DNA of 64,000 bases from Vulcanimicrobiota bacterium (GCA_050250895.1 JBFWNU010000001.1:2468891-2532890), one strand, 5' to 3'; positions 9,540-18,640 are shown, counted from the stretch's first letter. Numbers and translations are program-made. Notes: generated by a model from the sequence alone, not told the origin.

Positions 9540-10079
9540 TCAGAAAGGATCTTTAGCGCGATACTGTTCGAGGGTCTCGAGCTGCTCGGCCCGAGTTCTC
9601 ACCCCCAGAGCCTTCCTGAGCTGGTCGGGCACGAGTTCTTCCTGCAGGGGCTCTTGAGTCCACTTGCCCTCCAGCTTGCGGTACTGGGTGCCCAGCACCT
9701 GGGGCTGCCCCACCGCCTGGAGATAGCGGTCCAGGGTGGCGGCCGCAATCCAGCTGGCTTTTTGGTCTCCCAGGGCCATGGCATTCATGGCCAGGATATG
9801 GGCCAGCAGAAAGTCCTCGGGCTGGCTGCCGTGTTGAAAGATGAAGGCGGCCCGATGAAAGTCCGCAGCGTGCTTTAGCTCGCCGGCCAACAGCAACTCG
9901 CGGACCCGCTGGCGTCGAGCCTCGTCTTCTGGCGAGACCTTCTCCCAGTCAATGGGGCCGTTCAGGCGGGCCGCCTGGTCCTGACGATACATCTCAGCCA
10001 TCTCCGGGTTTTCTTGGGCGGCCGCTCCGGCCGAAAGAGTCAGTAGCAACACCAAAAAAAAGCTGGGCAACCTGGACAT
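9540..10079 (-). CDS. Secreted hypothetical protein (DUF6624-like)
   Basis: Signal peptide; QDQAAR, AAFIFQHG, AATLDRYL..GQPQVLGTQY. Confidence 0.65.
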   Translation of the reverse strand: MSRLPSFFLVLLLTLSAGAAAQENPEMAEMYRQDQAARLNGPIDWEKVSPEDEARRQRVRELLLAGELKHAADFHRAAFIFQHGSQPEDFLLAHILAMNAMALGDQKASWIAAATLDRYLQAVGQPQVLGTQYRKLEGKWTQEPLQEELVPDQLRKALGVRTRAEQLETLEQYRAKDPF

Positions 10080-10286
10080 CTCAACCTCCGATCGGCTGGC
10101 CGTTCAACTACCGGCGACACGGCTCCTGGCAGCCTCGGCTGGGCCGATTTGTGTTGCCCAGGTGTAAACCGCGTTACGATTCTGTAAACTCTTGTTGCTA
10201 TTGGTCAGATTCTTGATGCCGGTCAAATTTGGCCTCCCGGCGACCCCTTATGATCGAGTCAAATCCCACGCCAAGGAGTTCCCCAA

Positions 10287-11348
10287 ATGCACATCCACAG
10301 TTATAACGCTCAGATGCAACTCGGCTACCAGGGCGCTTTCAACGCCCAGATGAACCCGCTGATGGGACTCATCCAACTGTTTGAGGGGCTAGTGATGAGC
10401 AACTTGCTCGGTCAACTCAGCTCGGGGCAATGCGGTCCTGGAGGAGGCTACATGGGCCCTGAGGCTAACTTCGGCGGCCACGGCTGCCCGCACCAGCATC
10501 GCGGAATGGGCCACGCTGCGGGCGACTTTTTGGGTGGACACTGCCATCCGCCGACGGGCCACCCTCATTGCGGCCCCGGCCACGCTGGGCAGGGTCATCA
10601 CGGTGCCGAGGTCAAGCGCAGCGAGGGAAATCCCGACAAGTGGTACTTCGAGCACGGCAAATACAAGAAAGAAAAGACCGAGTTTGGCGAGGTCATGACC
10701 GGCAACGACGGCAAGACTCGCATCGAATACAACAAAGAGAAGAAGACCGGCTACGTCTATGGCCAGGTCGAGGGCCAATGGCAACTCCAAGAGATTCGCC
10801 AGAATTGGGAAGGCAAGGCGGCCAGCCCCATCATGCTGGATATGGACGGCAACAACCGCCCCGACGTCAAAGACGGAGAGTGGAAGCCCCACGCGGGCAA
10901 AGGCGACACCGGAGCCCCGAAGGTTCGCTTCGACCTCGATGGCGACGGTCGCAAGGAGTTGACCGAGTGGACGGGCGGCAAAGACGGCCTACTGCTCAAG
11001 CTCAGCGACGAGCAATACAAGAACTATCAGCAGAACGGCCAGCTCGAGGTTTCAGGCAAGGAACTCTATGGTGACCAGGGCGGCAAGTATAAGGACGGCT
11101 ACGAGAAGATGCAGAAACTCTCGGACGCCAACCATGACGGGGTGCTGGCGGGCCAGGAACTCGACAACCACTACGTCTGGCAAGACGGCGACCGCGACGG
11201 CGTGGTCGACAAAGGCGAGATGAAAACCACCCAGGAGGCTGGCATTACCAAGGTCAACGCCACCCACAACGGCGACTATCAATCGACCTTCGAGATGAAC
11301 GGCGAACAACGCCAGAGCTGGGATTGGTGGCCCACCACCTGGACCTGA
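10287..11348 (+). CDS. Putative secreted Ca-binding protein (EF-hand-like DxDGDG repeats, RTX-associated-type domain) with Gly/His-rich N-terminus
   Basis: SD AAGGAG; SPIMLDMDGN, FDLDGDGRKE, DANHDGVL, WQDGDRDGVVDKGE. Confidence 0.7.
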   Translation: MHIHSYNAQMQLGYQGAFNAQMNPLMGLIQLFEGLVMSNLLGQLSSGQCGPGGGYMGPEANFGGHGCPHQHRGMGHAAGDFLGGHCHPPTGHPHCGPGHAGQGHHGAEVKRSEGNPDKWYFEHGKYKKEKTEFGEVMTGNDGKTRIEYNKEKKTGYVYGQVEGQWQLQEIRQNWEGKAASPIMLDMDGNNRPDVKDGEWKPHAGKGDTGAPKVRFDLDGDGRKELTEWTGGKDGLLLKLSDEQYKNYQQNGQLEVSGKELYGDQGGKYKDGYEKMQKLSDANHDGVLAGQELDNHYVWQDGDRDGVVDKGEMKTTQEAGITKVNATHNGDYQSTFEMNGEQRQSWDWWPTTWT

Positions 11349-11350
11349 GC

Positions 11351-12052
11351 CTAGTGGTCTTGAAACCGCTTCAGGAGCGCCTGCAACCGTCGTTGTCGGC
11401 GCTCTTTGACCATGGTGTAATTGGGCGCCTCGACCAGCAGGGCATAGAACGAGCCGTGGCCGGTCCAGCCTACCCGCCAGCCCAGGAAGTGATCACCCTC
11501 GGGGCCTGAGCCGGTCTTGCCCTCCATCTCGGTAACCAGGCGGCGAACGGTCTTCTGGGCCTGGCCCTGGGCCGGCAAATGGCCGAAGTAGAGCCGCTTG
11601 AGAAACCTCACCTGCTGGCGCGGACTGATTCTCAGGCTGCCGTCGAGCCAGAAGGTGGTCTGGCCGCTGGAGATGTCCTGATTGCCATAGTCAAATCGGT
11701 TGAGATAGTCCTTCATTCGGGTGGGTCCCACCCGCAAGGCCACCGCCTGGTAAAAGGGCAGAGCCGAGATGCGCAGGGCGCTCTCGAGGGTGTGGGGCTC
11801 GAGCCAGTCGTCGGGCCAGTAGTCGGCCCGGGGGATGGCCACGGGGTCCCATTCGATCACTTCGCTGGTCGAAGCGACGGCCCCGCAGTCGAGGGCGATC
11901 ACGCTATGGGGAACCTTGAACGTCGAAAAGGGCGAGCGCGGCTTGTCGACGGCCCCCAGAGCCACGACGGCCCCGTCGGGCTTTTCCAGGAAGAAAGCCT
12001 CCTGCCCCCAGGCCAGCCCGGAGAGCAGCAGCAGCACGAGCCAGGTTCTCAA
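11351..12052 (-). CDS. Class D (OXA-like) beta-lactamase / transpeptidase-domain protein
   Basis: STFK, SAL (SxV-like), YGN, FWLDGSLRIS, KTG motifs; signal peptide from TTG at 12052 overlapping the upstream stop. Confidence 0.82.
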   Translation of the reverse strand: MRTWLVLLLLSGLAWGQEAFFLEKPDGAVVALGAVDKPRSPFSTFKVPHSVIALDCGAVASTSEVIEWDPVAIPRADYWPDDWLEPHTLESALRISALPFYQAVALRVGPTRMKDYLNRFDYGNQDISSGQTTFWLDGSLRISPRQQVRFLKRLYFGHLPAQGQAQKTVRRLVTEMEGKTGSGPEGDHFLGWRVGWTGHGSFYALLVEAPNYTMVKERRQRRLQALLKRFQDH

Positions 12053-12528
12053 TACCCCTCGCGCAGACCGTCCCGCGAGTTGTACTGAGGAAAGCCGCTG
12101 GGAAGCGAGGTGGAGCGATGGTTGAGTCCCGAGCAATAGACGGTGTAGTGGTCGGGGTCGGCCTGCACGACGTAGGAGTGGGAATAGGTGTCGACCCCGG
12201 CGCCCGGGCAGGTCGGAATCGTGCGCAGATAGTTCGGGGTGATCAGATTGAGGGTGCGGGGATAGCGTCCGTGATTATCGGTGGAATACATCTCGAGGCC
12301 GGTGCCGATGTTCTTGAGGTTGCCTTTGCAGGCCGTCAGCTGGCCTCGCGCCCGCGCCCTGATGAAGTTGGGCACCAGGATAGCAGCCAGCCCGAACCCG
12401 ATGACGGCCACGATGATGAGCGAGGCGGGGTTGCGCTTGCGCAGTTTGGCCACCGATTGGCTGCCGCATTGGGGGCAGCTCTCGAAGTCGTCAAAGACGT
12501 GATTGCAGATCTGGCACTGTAGGGGCAT
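12049..12528 (-). CDS. Pilin/T2SS-G-like protein with N-terminal zinc ribbon
   Basis: CQIC..CPQC, TM helix, AILVPNFIRARARGQLTACKGNLKNIGTGLEMY..YP. Confidence 0.75.
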   Translation of the reverse strand: MPLQCQICNHVFDDFESCPQCGSQSVAKLRKRNPASLIIVAVIGFGLAAILVPNFIRARARGQLTACKGNLKNIGTGLEMYSTDNHGRYPRTLNLITPNYLRTIPTCPGAGVDTYSHSYVVQADPDHYTVYCSGLNHRSTSLPSGFPQYNSRDGLREGY

Positions 12529-12536
12529 CGGTGGTT

Positions 12537-12794
12537 CTAGTCCTCTCCTCGCGGGATCTCCTGCTGATGGTCTGGGCAGCGAACCAGCTTCGGGGTGACC
12601 AGCAGGCGGCCGCCGGTGACCGGACATCGGTGGGTTCGCGGGTCGGCCATCGCCTCACGGCAGGCGCGAAACTCGGCCTCCATCTCGCCGTGGGCCAGAA
12701 CGACTCCGTAGTAGCTAAATAGCAGCAAGAAGCAGGTGAAGAGGATCAATTCGAGCCAATTGGTGATGCCGACCAGACGGAGCAGCCGGGTCAA
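12537..12794 (-). CDS. Small membrane protein, pilin-globular-like (C..CP..C..H)
   Basis: Hydrophobic N-terminus; ACRE..RCPVTGG..RCPDH; TTG start inferred. Confidence 0.45.
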   Translation of the reverse strand: MTRLLRLVGITNWLELILFTCFLLLFSYYGVVLAHGEMEAEFRACREAMADPRTHRCPVTGGRLLVTPKLVRCPDHQQEIPRGED

Positions 12795-12853
12795 GACAAA
12801 CTGAGGCGGAATCGCCTCGGAACGGGGTCCGCGGTAGGAGCCGAGCGGACCGC

Positions 12854-13489
12854 TCACGACCTGCGCCTCACCAGCAGCCACTCGGCCAGAGCCAGGGTGA
12901 TGAGCCAGGCGCCCCAGGCGGTCCAGGGATAGATCACCTCGAAGGGCAACTCGAGGTATTCTAGCCAGTAAAGGGCGATGCGGATGTTGACGGCCGAAAA
13001 CGTCAGGGCGTAGGAGCGGATGGCCCAGGCCCGATGCTCGCGAAAGCGGCGCTTGACGATGGTGTAGCAGGCCAGAGTCGAGGTCACCAGCCAGCCCAGG
13101 GCCAGAGCCACGAAGCCAGCCTGGGCCACCGGGCCGCCATAGGCCCACATTCCCATCGCCAGGCCGCTGAGACCTCCCACAAAGAGACAGACGAAGTAGG
13201 CCCAGCCCAGCATCCGGTGGGCCCTCTGAGGCAGCCACGAGACGAACTGGAACGGTCCCAGCACCAGAGCCAGCACCGAGGCTACTCCGTGGGTCCAGAC
13301 CGTGCCCAGATGGGCCAGATACTTGGCCCGGAAGGTGAAGTCATAGAACTCGACCGGGCCGGTCACGTACTCGAAGGCTCCCCAACCGCTGTAAATGGCG
13401 GCATAGGTGAGAAAGACCCAGGCCCAGACGCGGGCAACCGTGCGCAGCGACATGTGGCTATCTACGCCCCGTGGGCCCGAGCGGTTCAT
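12854..13489 (-). CDS. DUF2306 family membrane protein
   Basis: H..LALVLGPFQF, HRMLGWAY, HRAWAIRSYALTFSAVNIR. Confidence 0.85.
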   Translation of the reverse strand: MNRSGPRGVDSHMSLRTVARVWAWVFLTYAAIYSGWGAFEYVTGPVEFYDFTFRAKYLAHLGTVWTHGVASVLALVLGPFQFVSWLPQRAHRMLGWAYFVCLFVGGLSGLAMGMWAYGGPVAQAGFVALALGWLVTSTLACYTIVKRRFREHRAWAIRSYALTFSAVNIRIALYWLEYLELPFEVIYPWTAWGAWLITLALAEWLLVRRRS

Positions 13490-14343
13490 TGCAGCAACTG
13501 CTCGACCAGCTCATAGTAGGCATCGCCAGCCACCATCGGGGCCTGAAGGTGGTCCGCTTGCTCGACCATCACCAGGCGGGTGCCAGTTGGACAACGAGTC
13601 TTTAGTAGCGCCAGGTCGTCGGGGGTGGTCCGGTAGTCGAGCGAGCCGCCCACCAGAATGACGCGGCCGCGCAAATGGTCGACCGCGTCGATGGGTGCGA
13701 TGCGGGCCGGCAGCCACATGCGGCTGGCAAGCTCGAGGCCGGCAAAGGCTACCAGGTCCAGAATCGGCGGAAGACGGTGGGAAAGGCGGTTCCAGCAGGC
13801 TTTGTCGAGGGTGGTAAAAGGGGACTCGAGCAGGTAGCCGGCTACCGAATCCCCCAGGTCTGGCGAGGCGAAGATGGCCGTGGCCGCTCCCAGCGATCGC
13901 CCCAGCACGACCACGGGGCGCCCGGGTGCCAGCTGCTCGACGGCCTGGCGGGCGGCCACCGCATCCCGGCTGGCCGAGACTCCGAAGTCGTTGAGGTTGG
14001 CCTGGCTGTCGCCGTGGGCGCGCAGGCTGGGCATCATCACTCCGTATCCGCGTCGCAGCAGAGGTTCGACGAACCCCTGGCTGGTGGAGCGAGAGCCTCC
14101 ATTGGGATGCAGCACCAGGACAACCGGCTGGCCAGACTGACCGGGCCACCATCCGCACCCGGTGCGCACCCCGTCGTTGGCCTGCAGCCGCAGTTCTTGC
14201 CAGCCCGGCGGCAGCCGCTCGGACACGGGCCCTGAGCGGTGACTGAGGCGATAACTGGCCAGAACGGAGACTCCCAGCCAGAGGATGAAAATCGCGAGGA
14301 AAATGCGCCCTGGCGGAAACAACTTGGCAACACGATTTAACAC
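13486..14343 (-). CDS. Alpha/beta hydrolase
   Basis: LRAHGDS, GRSLGAA nucleophile elbow, LESPF, GSLD, ADH. Confidence 0.85.
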   Translation of the reverse strand: MLNRVAKLFPPGRIFLAIFILWLGVSVLASYRLSHRSGPVSERLPPGWQELRLQANDGVRTGCGWWPGQSGQPVVLVLHPNGGSRSTSQGFVEPLLRRGYGVMMPSLRAHGDSQANLNDFGVSASRDAVAARQAVEQLAPGRPVVVLGRSLGAATAIFASPDLGDSVAGYLLESPFTTLDKACWNRLSHRLPPILDLVAFAGLELASRMWLPARIAPIDAVDHLRGRVILVGGSLDYRTTPDDLALLKTRCPTGTRLVMVEQADHLQAPMVAGDAYYELVEQLLQ

Positions 14344-14442
14344 GGTTGAAACAATGTTAACAGAGACTGGTCCGTTCCCCTGCTCCTCGCCGGGCCCGGG
14401 ACCGCCTAAGATGTGGCTACAAATCGGTGAGGAGTAGTGCAG

Positions 14443-14811
14443 ATGCCGAAAATTGGTGGTGGTGGCGGCGCTCGCGCAGCCAAAGCTAGAAAACCCAAGA
14501 AGCCCAAAGGGTGTCCCGGTGGCAAGTGCGGCGGTGGTGGCCAGGCCGGCCAGGCCGGACAGGCGGGTGGCCAGGGACCGCCGAAGTTGGAAGCTCTCAA
14601 GAAAGCGACCGAGGCCGGCCTTGGTGCCGCGGCAAGCGCCGCTGGCGGCGGCGGTGGTGGTGCCGAACAGGCCCAGGAAGAGCCGAGCGAAGGCGGCGAA
14701 CAGCTGGCCTCGGCGATTGCGGCGATGATGGGTGGCGGGGCGGGGGACCCGGCTGCGGCCCAGGGCGGGGGCGGGGGCGGTGTGCCCGGCCTCGAACAGC
14801 TAGTCGCTTAA
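14443..14811 (+). CDS. Low-complexity Gly/Ala/Lys-rich hypothetical protein
   Basis: SD GAGGAG before ATG 14443; followed by an intrinsic terminator. Confidence 0.65.
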   Translation: MPKIGGGGGARAAKARKPKKPKGCPGGKCGGGGQAGQAGQAGGQGPPKLEALKKATEAGLGAAASAAGGGGGGAEQAQEEPSEGGEQLASAIAAMMGGGAGDPAAAQGGGGGGVPGLEQLVA

Positions 14812-14827
14812 CTGGCAAGATTCTCGT

Positions 14828-14862
14828 AGGCGCCAGGCCCCCGGGCCTGGCGCCTTTGCTTT
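14828..14862 (+). terminator. Intrinsic terminator
   Basis: AGGCGCCAGGCC/GGCCTGGCGCCT stem followed by TTGCTTT. Confidence 0.75.
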
Positions 14863-15012
14863 CGAGCGGTCGGGGCCGGCCGGCTGCTCCCGGCCTCGAA
14901 AGCGGGAGTTCACAAACATGCAACTGCATCGGGGCGTGTCTAACCCCGGTCTCACCAGCCTCGGGTAGACTACAGATACTAACGCATTGGAAGCCACGCT
15001 AAATCCCCAGTG

Positions 15013-15038
15013 GTCGCTGAGACTCTCGGCGACTTTTT
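15013..15038 (+). terminator. Intrinsic terminator with no long ORF upstream
   Basis: GTCGCTGAG-ACT-CTCGGCGAC-TTTTT. Confidence 0.65.
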
Positions 15039-15110
15039 CTTGTACCGGGCTGGTTTGCGCGCTCGCTCCCAAAAAGCGGAAGTTCTTGATCGGGGCGACG
15101 CGGGCCGGGC

Positions 15111-15139
15111 TTGACAGAAATCCAGAATCGTGGTATGAT
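15111..15139 (+). promoter_or_regulatory. sigma70-type promoter
   Basis: TTGACA-N17-TATGAT with extended -10 TG. Confidence 0.75.
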
Positions 15140-15145
15140 CCAGTC

Positions 15146-15196
15146 ATCGAAAAAATCCCGCGACGGTTCCCAGATGGCGAAACGGCGGGCTTTTTT
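15146..15196 (+). ncRNA. Candidate ~50-nt small RNA (may also be a bidirectional terminator)
   Basis: Consensus promoter immediately followed by a CCCGC...GCGGG hairpin and T6. Confidence 0.4.
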
Positions 15197-15221
15197 AATT
15201 TCTGCGTCTAGCGGAGGCGCA

Positions 15222-15686
15222 TCAGCGCTTGAGTTGCAGCACCACCCGGGCGTAATTCCCCTGGAAATCGCGGGCTGCGACCGTGTAGGGGTGCGGCTGG
15301 AAGTCTTCGCCACACAAATGCCTGACCACCACGTCGTGGCGGGCCCGTAGATAGTCGGCCACCATGCCCCGAGGGCATGCGAACCAGGGACAGTCTTCTC
15401 CTAACAGACCCACCTTGCGTTGGCGCGAGAGCCTCAGCAGTTGGGCAATCCCGGCTGCAAATTCGTCGGTTTGCATGTGGTCGGCATAGCCGCGGAGCGG
15501 CCCTTCGGCCCAGACGGTGTTCGCGCTGTCGGCGCCAGCGGTTCGGCCTCCCCGCAAAGCCGCGATTTTCAGCGTGACCAGTCCGGCCGGCGGCGGGGCC
15601 GCCGGGGGACGCAGGTCGACCACCACCTCGAGGTGACGTTGCGCCAGCGAGAGTTGCTCGGAACCCGCCCCCAGGGTGAGGATCAC
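15222..15686 (-). CDS. DUF488 family protein
   Basis: VVDLR, ALRGGR, LRGYADHMQTDEFAAGI..CPRGMVADYL..VRHL. Confidence 0.75.
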   Translation of the reverse strand: MILTLGAGSEQLSLAQRHLEVVVDLRPPAAPPPAGLVTLKIAALRGGRTAGADSANTVWAEGPLRGYADHMQTDEFAAGIAQLLRLSRQRKVGLLGEDCPWFACPRGMVADYLRARHDVVVRHLCGEDFQPHPYTVAARDFQGNYARVVLQLKR

Positions 15687-16861
15687 GGAGTCAGATAGTC
15701 TTCAACACAACGCAAGAGAATCTCGACGCCCAGAGGCAAGGCCTCTTCGTCGATGTCGAAGCGGGGGTGGTGGTGGCCGTAACAGGCGTTCTTGGCTGGA
15801 TTGGCCGCTCCCAGAAAGAAGAAGCAACCCGGAACCTCGCGCAGATAGTAGGCCATGTCCTCGCCACCGAGGGTGCGCGGCTCGGGCAGCAACTCGGGCA
15901 TGTCGAGCACGTCGCGACAGATTTTCTCGACCCTGGCCGTGACCTCGGGGTCGTTGAGCAAAGACGGGTAACCCTCGCGATAGCGGAGTTTGCCAGAGGC
16001 GCCGTGGGCCGCGCACAGGCCCTCGACCAGAGCTTGCAAGCGTTGCTTGACGAGCTGCCGCACTTCGTCGCGAAAGGTGCGTACGGTGCCGCCCAGCCGG
16101 ACCTCGGGGGGAATGACGTTGAGGGCCTCGCCGGCGTGGAACTTGGTGATGCTGACGGCGGCGCTGTCTAGCGGATCAAGATTGCGACTCACGATCGATT
16201 GCACGGCCGTGACCAGCTGGGCGCCCACCAGGATGGGGTCGACGCCCTGGTGGGGCAGGGCGGCGTGACAGCCAGTGCCCTCGATCACGATCTCGATCTC
16301 GTCGGTCGAGGCCATCATCGGTCCAGCGCACATCGTGGCCTGTCCGGTGGGCAGGTTCGACCACAGATGCAGGCCGATGGCGACTTCGACCCCGTCGAGC
16401 ACTCCCTCGCGAATCATCGGCTCGGCCCCGCCCGGGCCTTCTTCGGCCGGTTGAAAGACCAGCCGCACCTGGCCGTGCAAGCGTTCGCTCATGCCAGCCA
16501 GTTGTCGGGCCGTGGCCAGCAAAATGGCGGTGTGGCCGTCGTGTCCGCAAGCGTGCATCTTGCCGGGGTTGGTCGAGGCGTAGGGGGCGCCGGTCTGCTC
16601 GCTAACGGGCAACGCGTCCATGTCAGCCCGTAGCATCAGCGTGGGACCGGGCTGGGCGCCTTTGACCAGGGCTGTCACCCCGGTCCTGGCGATGCCGGTA
16701 TTGACCTCGAGTCCGAGGCCACGCAGGTAGTCGGCCACGACGCCAGAGGTTCGGACCTCTTCAAATCCAAGTTCGGGATGCTGATGGAAGTCGCGGCGCA
16801 GGCGGACCATCTCTTCATAGTCGGCCATCACCTCGGGCCGAATGTTCGTAGAACAGACCAT
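15683..16861 (-). CDS. M20D family amidohydrolase
   Basis: RRDFHQHPELGFEE, RADMDALP, MHACGHDGH, FQPAEEG, GEDM, HHHPRFDIDE. Confidence 0.95.
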   Translation of the reverse strand: MVCSTNIRPEVMADYEEMVRLRRDFHQHPELGFEEVRTSGVVADYLRGLGLEVNTGIARTGVTALVKGAQPGPTLMLRADMDALPVSEQTGAPYASTNPGKMHACGHDGHTAILLATARQLAGMSERLHGQVRLVFQPAEEGPGGAEPMIREGVLDGVEVAIGLHLWSNLPTGQATMCAGPMMASTDEIEIVIEGTGCHAALPHQGVDPILVGAQLVTAVQSIVSRNLDPLDSAAVSITKFHAGEALNVIPPEVRLGGTVRTFRDEVRQLVKQRLQALVEGLCAAHGASGKLRYREGYPSLLNDPEVTARVEKICRDVLDMPELLPEPRTLGGEDMAYYLREVPGCFFFLGAANPAKNACYGHHHPRFDIDEEALPLGVEILLRCVEDYLTP

Positions 16862-16902
16862 GCCAGGGCCTTCTGTTCTCGCCGCCCGACTCCTCGCCGA
16901 AT

Positions 16903-17745
16903 TCAGGGCTTCTTGAAAATCAGACAGTAGTGGTGATGCACGTTCGAGACGAACTCGCTGGGATAGCCCCAGATTCCAAGTTTCTTGTTGTCCTGGCACC
17001 AGATCTTCTCGCCTTTGAAGATGAGAAAGTCTTGCAGGTGGCGGGTCAGGTCCCAGGCCAGCGGCACCATCCGACCCTCGGGGCTGCGCAGGTTCTGAAT
17101 GACGATGACCAGGTAACCCTTGTCTTTGAGGCAGTTGGCGACCTGGCGGAAGACGTCGGCGAGTTGGGTGAGAAAGGCCTCATAGTCGGTCAGGTTGCCC
17201 AGGTCGTCGTCGTTCTTGGAATAGACCACATCCAGGCCGTCGGCTTTGCGTTTCTTGTGGGTCGAGAAGACGTTGCCCCGGCTGTTGGCCAGCATGTCCC
17301 AGTAGGGGGGCGACGTGAGCACGAAGTCGGCCTGCGGCAAATCGGCTTCGCGCCAGAGCCTCTCGGTCTGTTGGGCGTCGTCGTTGAAGAGAGTGCACTG
17401 CGAGGCGTACTCGCCCAGGTGCTGACCCGCCAGTTCGAAATACTTAGGATTGAGTTCGATGCCGACGGCCTGACGGCCGGCCTCGGTGGCAGCCAGCAGG
17501 GTCGAACCCACCCCCATGAAGGGGTCGAAGACCAGTTGTTCGCTCTGGGTGAAGAACTCGATAAACGAGCGGGCCAGATCTTCGGGATACTTGGCCGGGT
17601 GTTGGACCTGCGAGGCCGAGCGCCGGGGCGGATTGACCACGAACCAGGAGCGAGTGAAGCGAATCCACTGGCTTCCGGTGAGGTGGTTCATGCGGTTGCG
17701 GGGATGGATTTTTCCTTGGGTTTCTTGCTTTTTGCTGCTAGCCAT
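16903..17745 (-). CDS. DNA amino-methyltransferase (SPPY, probably m4C), orphan
   Basis: HPAKYP, FDPFMGVGST (motif I) preceding LTSPPY (motif IV). Confidence 0.85.
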   Translation of the reverse strand: MASSKKQETQGKIHPRNRMNHLTGSQWIRFTRSWFVVNPPRRSASQVQHPAKYPEDLARSFIEFFTQSEQLVFDPFMGVGSTLLAATEAGRQAVGIELNPKYFELAGQHLGEYASQCTLFNDDAQQTERLWREADLPQADFVLTSPPYWDMLANSRGNVFSTHKKRKADGLDVVYSKNDDDLGNLTDYEAFLTQLADVFRQVANCLKDKGYLVIVIQNLRSPEGRMVPLAWDLTRHLQDFLIFKGEKIWCQDNKKLGIWGYPSEFVSNVHHHYCLIFKKP

Positions 17746-17826
17746 CGGAAAGGGATGAGAAGTCTCCTAGCGAAGCGCTTAGCTCCCATCGCCGGCCGTT
17801 CCTGGTCGACGAAGAAAGGAAGCCTC

Positions 17827-18585
17827 TTGGAGACCACTTTGCAATCGACTTTCGAATCCGACCCCGAAATGATGACCGGACGCGTGCTGGTGGTCGACGA
17901 TGAAGAGAACATCGTCACTCTGCTTCTGGGTTGGCTAGAAACCACGGGTTGTGAGGTCGACTCGGCCGGCAATGGTGCTGAAGCTCTGGCCAAAGCTCGG
18001 GCAAATCCTCCCGACGTCATTTTGATGGATTGCATGATGCCCGAGATGAGTGGCTACGATGTCTGCCGAGAGATGAAAAAGGATGAGCGTCTGCGCCATA
18101 TTCCCATCCTGTTCTTGACCGCTCGCAACGAGGTGCAGGACGTGGTCAAAGGGCTGGACCTGGGCGCTCACGGCTATCTCACCAAGCCTTTCAAACCGCA
18201 GGAGTTGCTAGCTCGGTTGCGCTCGGTGTTGCGCATCAAGAAGCTCCAGGATCGGCTGCTGTCGCGAACAGACCAGTTGCGGACCGAGTGGGACTGGGTG
18301 CGGGCCGTGATGCATCACCTGCCGGTCGGGGTGGTGGTGGTCGACGAGTTCGGCAAAGCCGTCTACTACAATCGCCAGACGGCCGAGCGATTCGGCCTCG
18401 AAGAGCCGCAAGGAGTGCCCATCGAGGAGTTGTTTCGCCTCGATGGTGCCGAGGCTTCGGTTTGGCAGGCGGGCGCCTTCGACGGCCCGGTCCGACTGCA
18501 GGCTGGCGCCGCCACGGTAGAATGCCGGCTGATGACGGCGTTGCTCGAAGGCGGCCGGGGTACGGTGGCCACCCTGATCTTCTGA
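17827..18585 (+). CDS. Response regulator receiver plus PAS domain protein
   Basis: SD AAAGGA and TTG; RVLVVDD, ILMDCMMP, YLTKPF; HLPVGVVVVDEFGKAVYYN PAS. Confidence 0.88.
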   Translation: METTLQSTFESDPEMMTGRVLVVDDEENIVTLLLGWLETTGCEVDSAGNGAEALAKARANPPDVILMDCMMPEMSGYDVCREMKKDERLRHIPILFLTARNEVQDVVKGLDLGAHGYLTKPFKPQELLARLRSVLRIKKLQDRLLSRTDQLRTEWDWVRAVMHHLPVGVVVVDEFGKAVYYNRQTAERFGLEEPQGVPIEELFRLDGAEASVWQAGAFDGPVRLQAGAATVECRLMTALLEGGRGTVATLIF

Positions 18586-18640
18586 AAAGGTTAACAATTT
18601 CGCTCAGGTCCCAGGCCGGGGCGACTGCTATGGTCGCACC

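Noticed and set aside
14890-15038. 6S RNA, T-box or known riboswitch
   Set aside because: Conserved motifs not found, and no regulated gene downstream of the terminator
16930-17826. N-terminal extension of the response regulator ORF
   Set aside because: Antisense to the methyltransferase; SD and TTG at 17827 give the natural start
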